DNA from: Dysgonamonadaceae bacterium
Lineage (GTDB): Bacteria; Bacteroidota; Bacteroidia; Bacteroidales; Azobacteroidaceae
Assembly (NCBI GenBank): GCA_031263685.1
Contig: JAISFI010000019.1
Location: forward strand, 1 to 48,611
Length of the DNA: 48,611 nt
Reading direction: 5' to 3'
In this document: piece by piece, positions 16,591 through 25,378 of the stretch
Layout of the letters: each line of letters begins with the position of its first letter
How positions within the stretch are numbered: the stretch's first letter is position 1
The notes under the pieces: generated by a model
Seen by the model: the letters and a program-made list of their open reading frames with translations, nothing else
Databases searched by the model: none
What the model was told of the DNA's origin: nothing
Made by a program: the position numbers and the translations under genes

Positions 16591-17240
16591 TAACGGTCTT
16601 TAATTAAAAATTATCAATATCAATTCAATATTTCTCTTGCCAGTCAGACATTGCAAGAGGATTATAGGACTGTCCGATAAAAAACATATGAAATATATAG
16701 CCACCAGTTTACGCGCAGTGGACACTATTCCTCCAAAGTCAACTATCCTTTTGCATCATATATCTGGGCGAAAATCTTCAGATGTGAATCCTTGAATTTT
16801 ACAGATGCATACTTTTGTATATATATAAATTCACATCGATACATAAATGCAAATCACATAAGAAAATCATCTACAAATAGAATTACACAATCAGAAAATA
16901 TTAAAAATTTACCATCTGAAATAATACACATTTGTAAATAATATTACTCACAAATAAAAAGCCAAAACTTTCCTTAAATAAATTCATTAAATCAATAATA
17001 CCCAATTATTTATACTTAAAACAAGGTGCATTAAAACGAATTTCTCTGTATATTTATACCAAATGCAATGTACACCCCTAATAAGATAGCTTATGCAAAC
17101 GAGTATTAGCATAATAACCAATATATTATATAGAAAATGTGAAGTGATTTACAAAGCTATTTTTGATTGCTTTTACAAATGTATTTACAAACAACTGTAT
17201 TGCGACGAACATTTGTAAATAATTAAATTCGCATCAATAA

Positions 17241-17272
17241 TTTGCATGTGTAGAAATTTACATGTATATTTG
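17241..17272 (+). promoter_or_regulatory. Candidate sigma-A promoter for the XRE HTH gene
   Basis: TTTG (17241-17244), a 20-nt spacer, then TAtaTTTG (17265-17272). The ATG is at 17358. Confidence 0.5.
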
Positions 17273-17357
17273 TAGCTTTAATTATTCAGGCATGTATAGA
17301 TCTGTAATATCATTTTAAAATCCGGATTTTTCAGCCTAAATCATGAACAAATAAAAT

Positions 17358-17807
17358 ATGAAAGAGAGAATTGATCAGGTAATTAAATTTGCAAAAATGA
17401 ATCCTTCCGAGTTTGCAGACCATATTGGGATTAGTCGCGCATCGATAAACCATATATTGAATGGTCGCAATAATCCCAGCTTGGACGTTGTATTAAAAAT
17501 ACTGGCGAAATTTGATACGATTAATTCCGACTGGTTGTTATATGGGAAAGAACCGGTATATAAAAAAAGTACGTCCTATCCTTTACAAAAATCCTTATTT
17601 GATGAACATGCTCTTGCTCTGAAAGCGGAAGATACTGCGACAAAAGTCATCCATCCCAAGGAGAATGAGATAAGAATGTCCGAAAATGAAACTAAACAGC
17701 AGATTATAGAGCATTTATCTCCGCAAATACAAGTTCAGAAAAAAATCACTAAAATAATGGTTTTCTATTCGGACAATACCTATGACAGTCTATCGTCCGA
17801 TTTTTGA
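17358..17807 (+). CDS. XRE/Cro-C1-type helix-turn-helix DNA-binding protein
   Basis: 149 aa. The N-terminal HTH is MNPSEFADHIGISRASINHILNGRNNPSLDVVLKILAKF...WLLYG. The C-terminal half has no recognisable domain. Confidence 0.8.
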   Translation: MKERIDQVIKFAKMNPSEFADHIGISRASINHILNGRNNPSLDVVLKILAKFDTINSDWLLYGKEPVYKKSTSYPLQKSLFDEHALALKAEDTATKVIHPKENEIRMSENETKQQIIEHLSPQIQVQKKITKIMVFYSDNTYDSLSSDF

Positions 17808-18058
17808 TATTCCCCGATGTATCTCACATGAGATTTTTATGCACCTGTGTGCTGTGCAGATTGAAGATTTTCATGTACCTTTGCCATCAATTATGTAAAA
17901 TATGAAAATTCAAGTCTTGAAGAAATTTCGGGAGTGTTACATTGTACTTGATGAGATTTTATTGGCTCTGCCGCCAACCGGACACCTCTCAGAAAAGATA
18001 TGTATCTGCCCTGTTACACTTCAAATGTCATACAAAAAGCAATGTCTAAAATGAATTT

Positions 18059-18841
18059 ATGAAAAAATATATCGCAGATTTAACGGTAAGGGAAAATATT
18101 CGCCTGCATCCTGATTATTATCTCTTGAAATTGACGCAGGATGAAGCGTTGCCTCCCATGCATCCCGGACAGTTTGTAGAAATGAAGGTCGAAGGTTCGC
18201 CGGAGACGTTTCTTCGCCGTCCGATTTCCATCCATTTTGTCGACAGGACGAAAAATGAAATCTGGCTGCTGATTCGAATCGCCGGCAAAGGGACGCTTCA
18301 AATGTCTTCTCTTCTGGCTGGAGAATCGGTCAATCTCATATATCCTCTTGGGAACGGTTTTTCGCTTCCGGAGGAGGAAGATAAAGAGAAGATACCGCTG
18401 TTGATTGGCGGTGGCGTCGGAACGGCTCCCATGCTGTTTTGGGGTGCATATTTGAAGTCGATGGGTTATCATCCGGTTTTTCTTCTTGGCGCCCGGTCAT
18501 CCGGCGATTTGTTACAATTGGATGCATTTGCCGCTTACGGGGAGGTCTACACGACAACGGAAGATGGTTCGGCGGGCGAGAAAGGCTTTGTTACTCATCA
18601 TTCTATCCTGAAAAAAGGCGGTTTCAGCATGATTTACACCTGTGGGCCGAAGCCCATGATGGTCTCTGTAGCCGCCTGCGCCAAAGCAGCGAAAATTCCC
18701 TGTGAAGTATCTCTTGAAAACATGATGTCATGCGGGATTGGAGCCTGTTTGTGCTGTGTGGAAAATACCTGCGAAGGGAATATATGTGTGTGTAAAGATG
18801 GTCCCGTATTTAATATAGAAAAGTTGACATGGCAAATATGA
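18059..18841 (+). CDS. pyrK: Dihydroorotate dehydrogenase (class 1B) electron-transfer subunit
   Basis: 260 aa. It has an FAD/NAD-binding fold ([15 protein letters not shown]) and a C-terminal 2Fe-2S motif [10 protein letters not shown]...CKDGPVF. Confidence 0.9.
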   Translation: MKKYIADLTVRENIRLHPDYYLLKLTQDEALPPMHPGQFVEMKVEGSPETFLRRPISIHFVDRTKNEIWLLIRIAGKGTLQMSSLLAGESVNLIYPLGNGFSLPEEEDKEKIPLLIGGGVGTAPMLFWGAYLKSMGYHPVFLLGARSSGDLLQLDAFAAYGEVYTTTEDGSAGEKGFVTHHSILKKGGFSMIYTCGPKPMMVSVAACAKAAKIPCEVSLENMMSCGIGACLCCVENTCEGNICVCKDGPVFNIEKLTWQI

Positions 18842-19734
18842 ATGTAAACATCGGAAAACTCCATTTGAAGAACCCTGTAACGGTCGCTTCGGGTACTTTT
18901 GGCTATGGAACAGAGTTTTCGGACTTCATGGATCTGTCGCGAATAGGTGGTATTTTTGTAAAAGGAACTACAATTCGTCTCAGGGAAGGTAACGATTATC
19001 CCCGCATGGCAGAAACGCCGTCCGGAATGTTAAACGCTGTGGGACTGCAAAATAAAGGTGTAGACTATTTTATTTCCGGCATCTACCCGGAGATAAAAGA
19101 TATTGACACATGTATGATGGTTAACGTCAGCGGTTCTACAATTGAAGATTACGTGGCATGTGCCGAAAAAGTGAATGAACTGGATAAAATTCCAGCCATA
19201 GAACTGAATATTTCCTGTCCCAATGTCAAGCAGGGCGGGATGGCTTTTGGTATCAGTTGCCGCAGTGCGGCAGAGGTCGTATCGGCGGTACGGAAGGTCT
19301 ATCGGAAGACGCTGATTGTAAAATTATCTCCCAATGTCACCGACATTACGGAAATCGCCCGGGCGGTGGAAGCGGAAGGCGCCGATTCGGTTTCGCTTAT
19401 CAATACCCTGCTGGGCATGGCCATTGATGCGGAAAAAAGAAAACCGGCACTGTCTACGATCACCGGCGGACTGTCGGGGCCATGCGTTAAGCCGGTCGCC
19501 CTCCGGATGGTATGGCAGACGGCTAAAGCCGTCAAAATTCCCGTTATCGGTTTGGGAGGAATAGCCTGCGCTGCGGATGCCGTCGAATTTTTGCTCGCCG
19601 GCGCCACGGCTGTTCAAATCGGAACCTGTAATTTCATTGATCCGGCGATTTCCGTCAAAGTCGTCGACGGCATAAACGAATATCTGGACAGGCACGGATT
19701 TCAGTCGGTGGATGAGATAGTTGGACTTGTCTGA
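18829..19734 (+). CDS. pyrD: Dihydroorotate dehydrogenase class 1B catalytic subunit
   Basis: 301 aa with [21 protein letters not shown] (catalytic Cys) and GGI..A.DA.EF..AGA. It overlaps the pyrK stop. An alternative ATG at 18838 would give an ATGA overlap. Confidence 0.9.
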   Translation: MANMNVNIGKLHLKNPVTVASGTFGYGTEFSDFMDLSRIGGIFVKGTTIRLREGNDYPRMAETPSGMLNAVGLQNKGVDYFISGIYPEIKDIDTCMMVNVSGSTIEDYVACAEKVNELDKIPAIELNISCPNVKQGGMAFGISCRSAAEVVSAVRKVYRKTLIVKLSPNVTDITEIARAVEAEGADSVSLINTLLGMAIDAEKRKPALSTITGGLSGPCVKPVALRMVWQTAKAVKIPVIGLGGIACAADAVEFLLAGATAVQIGTCNFIDPAISVKVVDGINEYLDRHGFQSVDEIVGLV

Positions 19735-19742
19735 CTTTTCGG

Positions 19743-20642
19743 CTATCTGCTTCCCAGGTATAAAAAGAACATGCTGATCAGCATGAGCAACAGGTCGAGG
19801 GCTTTTCGTTTCAGGTTCTTTTCCCGGAAAATAAGCGCTCCGGCGATGAAAGTTACAATAACACTGCTTCTTCTCAGCATGGAAATGATGGAGATCATTG
19901 AATCGGGATAACTCAGGGCGTAAAAATAGACGAAGTCGGCAGCAGTGAGGAAGACGGATATGCCGAGTATAGACCATCTCCAGTTGAAAGCAGCCGTTTT
20001 CCGTCGCACCGGATACCAGATACGAAGCAGTACGATAGCCATAATCGCACATTGATAGCAGTTGTACCAGACCTGTACGGTCATTACGTCAAAGCGGCGT
20101 ATCAGGAATTTGTCATACAAGCCGCTGAGAGCGCCCATCACAATAGAAAAAACAAGGAAAAATATCCATTTATCCCTCTTGAAATTGATTCCTTCCTTTC
20201 TGCCGGAAAGTGCAAGGAGATAAAAGGAAATCACGGACAAAATAACGCCAATCCATTGATAGACATTCAATCTCTCGCCGAAAATCAGCAGGGCGCCGAT
20301 CAGGGTAATAACGGGCTGAGTGGCTTTGATGGGGCCAATGATGGTCAGCGGCAGGTATTTTATTGCAAAATAGGATGATATCCAGGAAGAGAGTACAATA
20401 ATGGATTTCAAGAATATATATCCGTGCGTCTTCAAAGAGGAGTGGGGGATATATAACAGGCTGTCCCTCAGTAAATCGGGAGCAGCGCACGACAGGATAA
20501 TAAACGGCAGAAAAATCAGGCTGCTAAACAGCGTATTCAAAAATAACACCGGAATGACGGCGTTGCGGTCAAGCGAGATTTTTTTACAGATGTCGTATAT
20601 CCCTAACAGCAACGCAGATAAAAGAGCCAGCGCTAACCACAT
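19743..20642 (-). CDS. EamA/DMT-family transporter
   Basis: 299 aa, about 10 predicted TM helices with two-EamA-repeat organisation. ATG start. Convergent with pyrD. Confidence 0.75.
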   Translation of the reverse strand: MWLALALLSALLLGIYDICKKISLDRNAVIPVLFLNTLFSSLIFLPFIILSCAAPDLLRDSLLYIPHSSLKTHGYIFLKSIIVLSSWISSYFAIKYLPLTIIGPIKATQPVITLIGALLIFGERLNVYQWIGVILSVISFYLLALSGRKEGINFKRDKWIFFLVFSIVMGALSGLYDKFLIRRFDVMTVQVWYNCYQCAIMAIVLLRIWYPVRRKTAAFNWRWSILGISVFLTAADFVYFYALSYPDSMISIISMLRRSSVIVTFIAGALIFREKNLKRKALDLLLMLISMFFLYLGSR

Positions 20643-20649
20643 CGCAGTA

Positions 20650-22065
20650 TCAGCTATTTTTTATTTCCAGCAAAACAACGTTTTCCACATGGTGGGTATG
20701 GGGAAACATGTCTACCGGCTGCACTTTTGCAACCCTGTATTTTGCGTCCAGCAAGCCCAAATCGCGCGCCTGAGTCGCAGGATTGCAGCTTACATAAACA
20801 ATTCTTTGAGGCGCTGCGGACAGAATCGCATCAATCACATCATCGTGCATTCCGGCGCGGGGCGGATCGGTAATGATCACATCCGGCCGGCCGTACCGTT
20901 CGATAAAGCTTTCCGTCAGCAGGTCTTTCATATCTCCGGAAAAGAAAAGCGTGTTGGTGATGCCGTTCAGTTCCGAATTGACTTTCGCATCTTCGATGGC
21001 TTCCGGGACGTATTCGATTCCGATGACCTGCCTGGCGCCGGCGGCAATGAAACTGGCAATGGCGCCGGCGCCGGTGTACAGGTCGTATACCAGTTCCTTT
21101 CCGGTCAATCCGGCAAAATCCCTCGCTGTTTTGTACAGTTCGTAAGCCTGAAATGTATTGGTTTGATAAAATGATTTCGCGCCAATCTTGAATCTCAGGT
21201 TTTCCATGGTTTCATAGATGCAGTCCCGGCCTTTCCAGGTGATAATTTCCTGATCCGATACCGTGTCATTGGCCTTGCTGTTAATGACATACAGCAGAGA
21301 CGTGATTTGAGGAAAGCGTTCGGCAACATGCGTCAGCAACGCTTGCTGCTTTTCTTCGTCCCGGTAGAAAAACTGTATGAGCAGCATGATTTCGCCGGTC
21401 GACATCGTACGGATCATGATGTTTCTCATCAGGCCTTCCTGGTTTCGCAGATCGAAAAAAGTGTAGCTGTTTTGCAGGCAAAAGTCCCTGACAGCGTTGC
21501 GAATATCGTTGGCAATGTCGTCCTGCAGCCAGCATTTATTGATGTTCATCACCTTGTCGAACATGCCGGGGATATGGAATCCCAGGACATTCATGTTGCT
21601 GAAGGGCAGCCCTGATTTTATTTCGTCTTCCGTCAGCCATCGCTTATTGGAAAACGTGTATTCCATCTTGTTCCTGTAGAAAAGGGCTTGTGCAGAACCC
21701 AGGATGGGATTTATCTCCGGTAGCGTCATTTTTCCGATTCTGACCAGGCTGTCGACGACCTGCTGCTGCTTGTACTTTAGCTGCTCTTCGTAGGGCAGGA
21801 TTTGCCATTTACAGCCGCCGCAGATTCCAAAGTGCTCGCATACAGCTTGCTGCCTGACTGGGGAATAGCTTTTTATCCGGATTGCTTTTGCTTCGGCATA
21901 GCTGTTTTTCTTTCTCGTCAGTTGCAGGTCGACCACATCGCCGGGCACAACGTAAGGTACAAATATCACTAAATCATTTACTTTGGCGATGGCTTTGCCT
22001 TCTGCCGCAATTTTCTCGATGGTGACGTCTTCCAACAGGGGGAGTTGTTTTTTGTTTTTTGCCAT
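20650..22065 (-). CDS. rlmD: 23S rRNA (uracil-C5)-methyltransferase RlmD/RumA
   Basis: 471 aa. It has an N-terminal TRAM domain, the Fe-S motif CEHFGICGGCKWQ, the SAM motif DLYTGAGAI, and the catalytic region DPPRAG...YVSCNP. Confidence 0.9.
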   Translation of the reverse strand: MAKNKKQLPLLEDVTIEKIAAEGKAIAKVNDLVIFVPYVVPGDVVDLQLTRKKNSYAEAKAIRIKSYSPVRQQAVCEHFGICGGCKWQILPYEEQLKYKQQQVVDSLVRIGKMTLPEINPILGSAQALFYRNKMEYTFSNKRWLTEDEIKSGLPFSNMNVLGFHIPGMFDKVMNINKCWLQDDIANDIRNAVRDFCLQNSYTFFDLRNQEGLMRNIMIRTMSTGEIMLLIQFFYRDEEKQQALLTHVAERFPQITSLLYVINSKANDTVSDQEIITWKGRDCIYETMENLRFKIGAKSFYQTNTFQAYELYKTARDFAGLTGKELVYDLYTGAGAIASFIAAGARQVIGIEYVPEAIEDAKVNSELNGITNTLFFSGDMKDLLTESFIERYGRPDVIITDPPRAGMHDDVIDAILSAAPQRIVYVSCNPATQARDLGLLDAKYRVAKVQPVDMFPHTHHVENVVLLEIKNS

Positions 22066-22178
22066 TATAAATTAGTGTTATGTTTACTCAAAATTGGCAT
22101 ATCGTCATTGCGAGGGAGGGCATTAGCAAATAGATTAGCGAAAATTCTATTAAACATAATAATCATTATGTTCATTTA

Positions 22179-23303
22179 TTATTCTCTTAAAACCAATATT
22201 GGTGTATCTGTGTGGAATAACATTCTCCTGGCCATACTTGGATTAAAAATACGGGAAAATATATTCCGGTGATAAGTTGTTAGCGTAATTACATCAATCG
22301 CGTTGTTGCGGATAAATTTTTCGAGATTCAATACAAAATCCTGTCCATCAATAATATCATAGTGAATTTTCAGTTCCGGATATTGTTTGGACAGATATTC
22401 TTTGATGCCACCCAATTTAATTTCGTTCCAAGTATCTTGCTTATTATGAGTAATATGAAACAAATAGAATGATATATTATCATCTCGCAGTGCGTTGAAA
22501 AGCGTATCCATTGAAATCAGGTCTTTTTGCTCAAAACTCGTACCGAAAGCAACATTTCGGACTTGTGAGAATTTTCTGAGTGGCGTGTTTTCCGGGATGG
22601 CGAAAACCGGTACATGCGTTCTTTCGATCACCTCGGCAGTTACACTACCAATCAGTTCCTGATCTTTTTGATTTTTACCTCTGGTACCCATGATGATCAT
22701 CAACGGTTTCAGTTCTTTGCTGATGCGGATAATTTCTTCTTCCGGAAGTCCTTCATGCAGCGAATCTGTATAATTCACATTTTCCCATTGGCCAGAACTG
22801 ATCTTTTCCTGTATGATTTGATTGAGTTTTTTCATCTCATCCTGTACCTTTTTGAAGATTTCTATAGACATTTCTTCATTTCCGGTTTGATACATGAAAC
22901 TGTCTCCTATGGAAATAGACGCCGGATAAATGGGTGTATAATAAGCATGTATGATATGGATATTCGCCCCTGTTTTATACGCATAGTTAAATCCCAGTTC
23001 ACAGGCTCTGAGTGAATAATCCGAGAAATCGACCGGAATCAGTATGGTTTTGGTACGGATCTCCTCTCCTTTTCCGTTTTCTTCCTGCTCCAGCTTTTTG
23101 AAAAAGTCCAACTCTTCGATCAATCTAAGCGCTTTCGGGAGATCGCTTTCTTTTATACGAATCCTGACGCCGGCAGAAACAACCGGTTGTATTTGATTCA
23201 CATTGTGCAAAAACACTTCAATGCCCTCATTTCCCAAGAGCATTTTTACCATTAATGCTTTCTGATAAGTATGAATGGCTAAGGTGATTAATGTATCTTC
23301 CAT
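22179..23303 (-). CDS. Universal stress protein, tandem USP domains with N-terminal DUF2007-like domain
   Basis: 374 aa. USP signatures ILIPVDFSDYS and IIMGTRGK are present, followed by a second USP-like half. The N-terminal ~70 aa resemble the small 'putative signal transducing' domain. Confidence 0.7.
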   Translation of the reverse strand: MEDTLITLAIHTYQKALMVKMLLGNEGIEVFLHNVNQIQPVVSAGVRIRIKESDLPKALRLIEELDFFKKLEQEENGKGEEIRTKTILIPVDFSDYSLRACELGFNYAYKTGANIHIIHAYYTPIYPASISIGDSFMYQTGNEEMSIEIFKKVQDEMKKLNQIIQEKISSGQWENVNYTDSLHEGLPEEEIIRISKELKPLMIIMGTRGKNQKDQELIGSVTAEVIERTHVPVFAIPENTPLRKFSQVRNVAFGTSFEQKDLISMDTLFNALRDDNISFYLFHITHNKQDTWNEIKLGGIKEYLSKQYPELKIHYDIIDGQDFVLNLEKFIRNNAIDVITLTTYHRNIFSRIFNPSMARRMLFHTDTPILVLRE

Positions 23304-23373
23304 TGTTTTTTATATTTTTTATTTGACTGCTCCGTTTTTTATTTAACTGTATGTTTCCTCATATTCTATACAA

Positions 23374-23416
23374 CAAAAAAAATCCCTCCACAGTTTTTCG
23401 AGTAAAGGGATTTTTT
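23374..23416 (-). terminator. Candidate intrinsic terminator after the small HTH gene
   Basis: AATCCCT (23381-23387) pairs with AGGGATT (23406-23412). Flanking A and T runs extend the stem. The minus strand reads AGGGATTTTTTTTG after the stem. The 18-nt loop is large. Confidence 0.45.
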
Positions 23417-23432
23417 CTTGTGAGAACGCTTT

Positions 23433-23714
23433 TCAGGATGGTTCCTCGGAAGAAAAAACCTTATGGCTTGTTTCCCCAAGGATAATCAGTGCTTTCTCCA
23501 ATATCGTAGAATCATCAAGCATTACAATACCACCATCCGGCCCCGGTTCAATATGAACACCACAACTTTTTCCATTGTTGTAGTTATATCCTCCGAAGTA
23601 ATTACGAACGGTTTCTATTGAAAGACCCAATTCTTCTGCAATCTTTTTAGTACTTCCACTTGGCAGATTATCCTTGATTCTGCGAAGTTCGTTAAACGAA
23701 ATCGTTTTTGTCAT
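23433..23714 (-). CDS. Small HTH DNA-binding protein (function unknown)
   Basis: The track start at 23720 is TTG. The ATG at 23714 gives MTKTISFNELRRIK... The HTH-like segment is STKKIAEELGLSIETVRNYF. The protein is 93 aa from that ATG. Confidence 0.55.
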   Translation of the reverse strand: MTKTISFNELRRIKDNLPSGSTKKIAEELGLSIETVRNYFGGYNYNNGKSCGVHIEPGPDGGIVMLDDSTILEKALIILGETSHKVFSSEEPS

Positions 23715-23836
23715 GGTCAATTTTTTACAAAGTTTTACATGAAATAATTATATTACCTAATTAAGCCCCTAATTTAATTGAAATAATTCTGCTGACCAAG
23801 TAATTTGACCTAATAAATGTCAATGGTATATGTGTT

Positions 23837-24550
23837 TTACGACATATTTTCTCTCAAAAACAATCTAACAAGCTGATTATTAAATAATAAAATACATATT
23901 ATTGTTATCCAAAAAAACAGGGAAATGATATTTTTTTCTTTGGTTGTGTAACGAGAATTTTTTAATTCGGAATCGGAAGCAGATATCTTTAAAAAATATT
24001 TCCTTGCCGTTACATAAAGACAGTAGCAGATGAATCCTGCCAATACACCGACAATCGCTCCGCCCACAATATCGGAAATAAAATGAACTCCTAAATAAAC
24101 CCTGGAGTAAGCATTGAGTATGGCAAAAGTCAGCATCGTAAATGTGAAAAACCTGTTCCTGAACAGCAATATTGTAAATATGGCACAGCCAAATGCATTG
24201 GCGGCATGACTGGATACGAAACCATATCTTCCTCCCCGATAACCAAATACCGTTTTGACTTCATCCATGAAATCAGGATGGTGCGTCGGGCGGAAACGGG
24301 CGAAATAAGGTTTGATCAACGAAGCGGAAACTTGATCACAAATTGTTATAACCAACGCGATGGCAAGTATCACAAACAATGCTTCTTTCCAGTTTTTTTT
24401 ATAGAAAATGACAATCAGTAAACAAACTGCCCACGGAATCCAGACCCATGTGCTCGATATCAGCCATATAAAACGATCCATCATGGGTGAATCACTCCCA
24501 TTCAACAGAAAAAATAATCCTCGCTCATACTCCAGTATTTTTTCCAACAT
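23837..24550 (-). CDS. PAP2-family membrane phosphatase (lipid phosphate / undecaprenyl-PP / lipid A phosphatase type)
   Basis: 237 aa, multi-TM. The canonical PAP2 motifs are KPYFARFRP, SSH and SRVYLGVHFISD. Its start lies 1 nt after the batE stop. Confidence 0.85.
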   Translation of the reverse strand: MLEKILEYERGLFFLLNGSDSPMMDRFIWLISSTWVWIPWAVCLLIVIFYKKNWKEALFVILAIALVITICDQVSASLIKPYFARFRPTHHPDFMDEVKTVFGYRGGRYGFVSSHAANAFGCAIFTILLFRNRFFTFTMLTFAILNAYSRVYLGVHFISDIVGGAIVGVLAGFICYCLYVTARKYFLKISASDSELKNSRYTTKEKNIISLFFWITIICILLFNNQLVRLFLRENMS

Positions 24551-24551
24551 G

Positions 24552-25370
24552 CTAAATTATCTCGATTTTATTATTTTCGATCCAACCCACATTCCCGTCT
24601 TCCAAGACAATTTCGCTCCAATTGCCTAATTTACTTTTAATAAATACTTTACTTCCTTCATGCAAGACAACAATATCCACACCGCTTTTATCCGGGGAAC
24701 CTTTGACGGTAACGGTAGGTGCGAAAATGATCGCAGTGTCTTTTGCCGTTAATTTCTCTTTTTGCCGGTATGCAAAAATATTGGAAGATATTGTCCCTAT
24801 CAGCAGTATAATACCAGCATAGAATCCGATTTTTTTCCACAATCTTTTGCTGGAGAAAAAGAACAAGGCCAAACATCCGATAAAAAACAGGAATGTGACA
24901 ATTCCCGCCCAAGACCATTGATTGGTACTGAAGATGTTCCGGATATCTGTCAGCCATTGGCTCAAGAAAAACATACCTATCGGTTCAATTTTATCGACTG
25001 TTTTTTGTTTAGCCATTTCCAGGTTGACACGAATGTCTTCATTTCCCGGATCCCGTAACAAAGCACGCTCATAATGTAAGATGGCAGGCGCTATTTCGTT
25101 CTTCTTGTAATAAGCGTTTCCTAAATTATAATGTACAACAACGGATTCTCCTTTTTCCCGTAGAATTTTTTCGTACAAATCAATGGCATCCTGATATTTT
25201 TCATTGATATACAGCTCATTGGCTTGTTTCAACCACTCGGTATCCGGAAGATTTGAGAGGGAAGCCAGCGTATCCGGCTGTTCCTGTATATCTTGTGCCT
25301 CCACAATGCCGGATAAGCATAATTGAATGAACAACAGGATCAAATATCGTTTGAATTTCATTATTTTCAT
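24552..25370 (-). CDS. batE: BatE (TPR plus SH3b domain protein)
   Basis: 272 aa with a signal peptide. It has TPR repeats (YQDAIDLYEKIL, YNLGNAYYKKNE), TM helices, and a C-terminal SH3b-like VTVKGSPDKSG...GNWSEIVLEDGNVGWI. It is the last gene of the Bat cluster. Confidence 0.8.
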   Translation of the reverse strand: MKIMKFKRYLILLFIQLCLSGIVEAQDIQEQPDTLASLSNLPDTEWLKQANELYINEKYQDAIDLYEKILREKGESVVVHYNLGNAYYKKNEIAPAILHYERALLRDPGNEDIRVNLEMAKQKTVDKIEPIGMFFLSQWLTDIRNIFSTNQWSWAGIVTFLFFIGCLALFFFSSKRLWKKIGFYAGIILLIGTISSNIFAYRQKEKLTAKDTAIIFAPTVTVKGSPDKSGVDIVVLHEGSKVFIKSKLGNWSEIVLEDGNVGWIENNKIEII

Positions 25371-25378
25371 CTTTTTCC

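Noticed and set aside
16591-17357. The AT-rich tract as a chromosomal replication origin.
   Set aside because: I found no TTATCCACA-type DnaA box with one mismatch or fewer; the best matches have two or more. There is no dnaA or dnaN nearby. A whole-genome GC-skew and DnaA-box scan would be needed to revisit this.
22153-22172. The palindrome AACATAAT-aatc-ATTATGTT, whose core ATAATCATTAT resembles the E. coli Fur box.
   Set aside because: It is a pure A/T palindrome 7 nt after the USP gene stop, so it is more simply a weak terminator or chance AT-rich symmetry. Neither flanking gene is iron-related.
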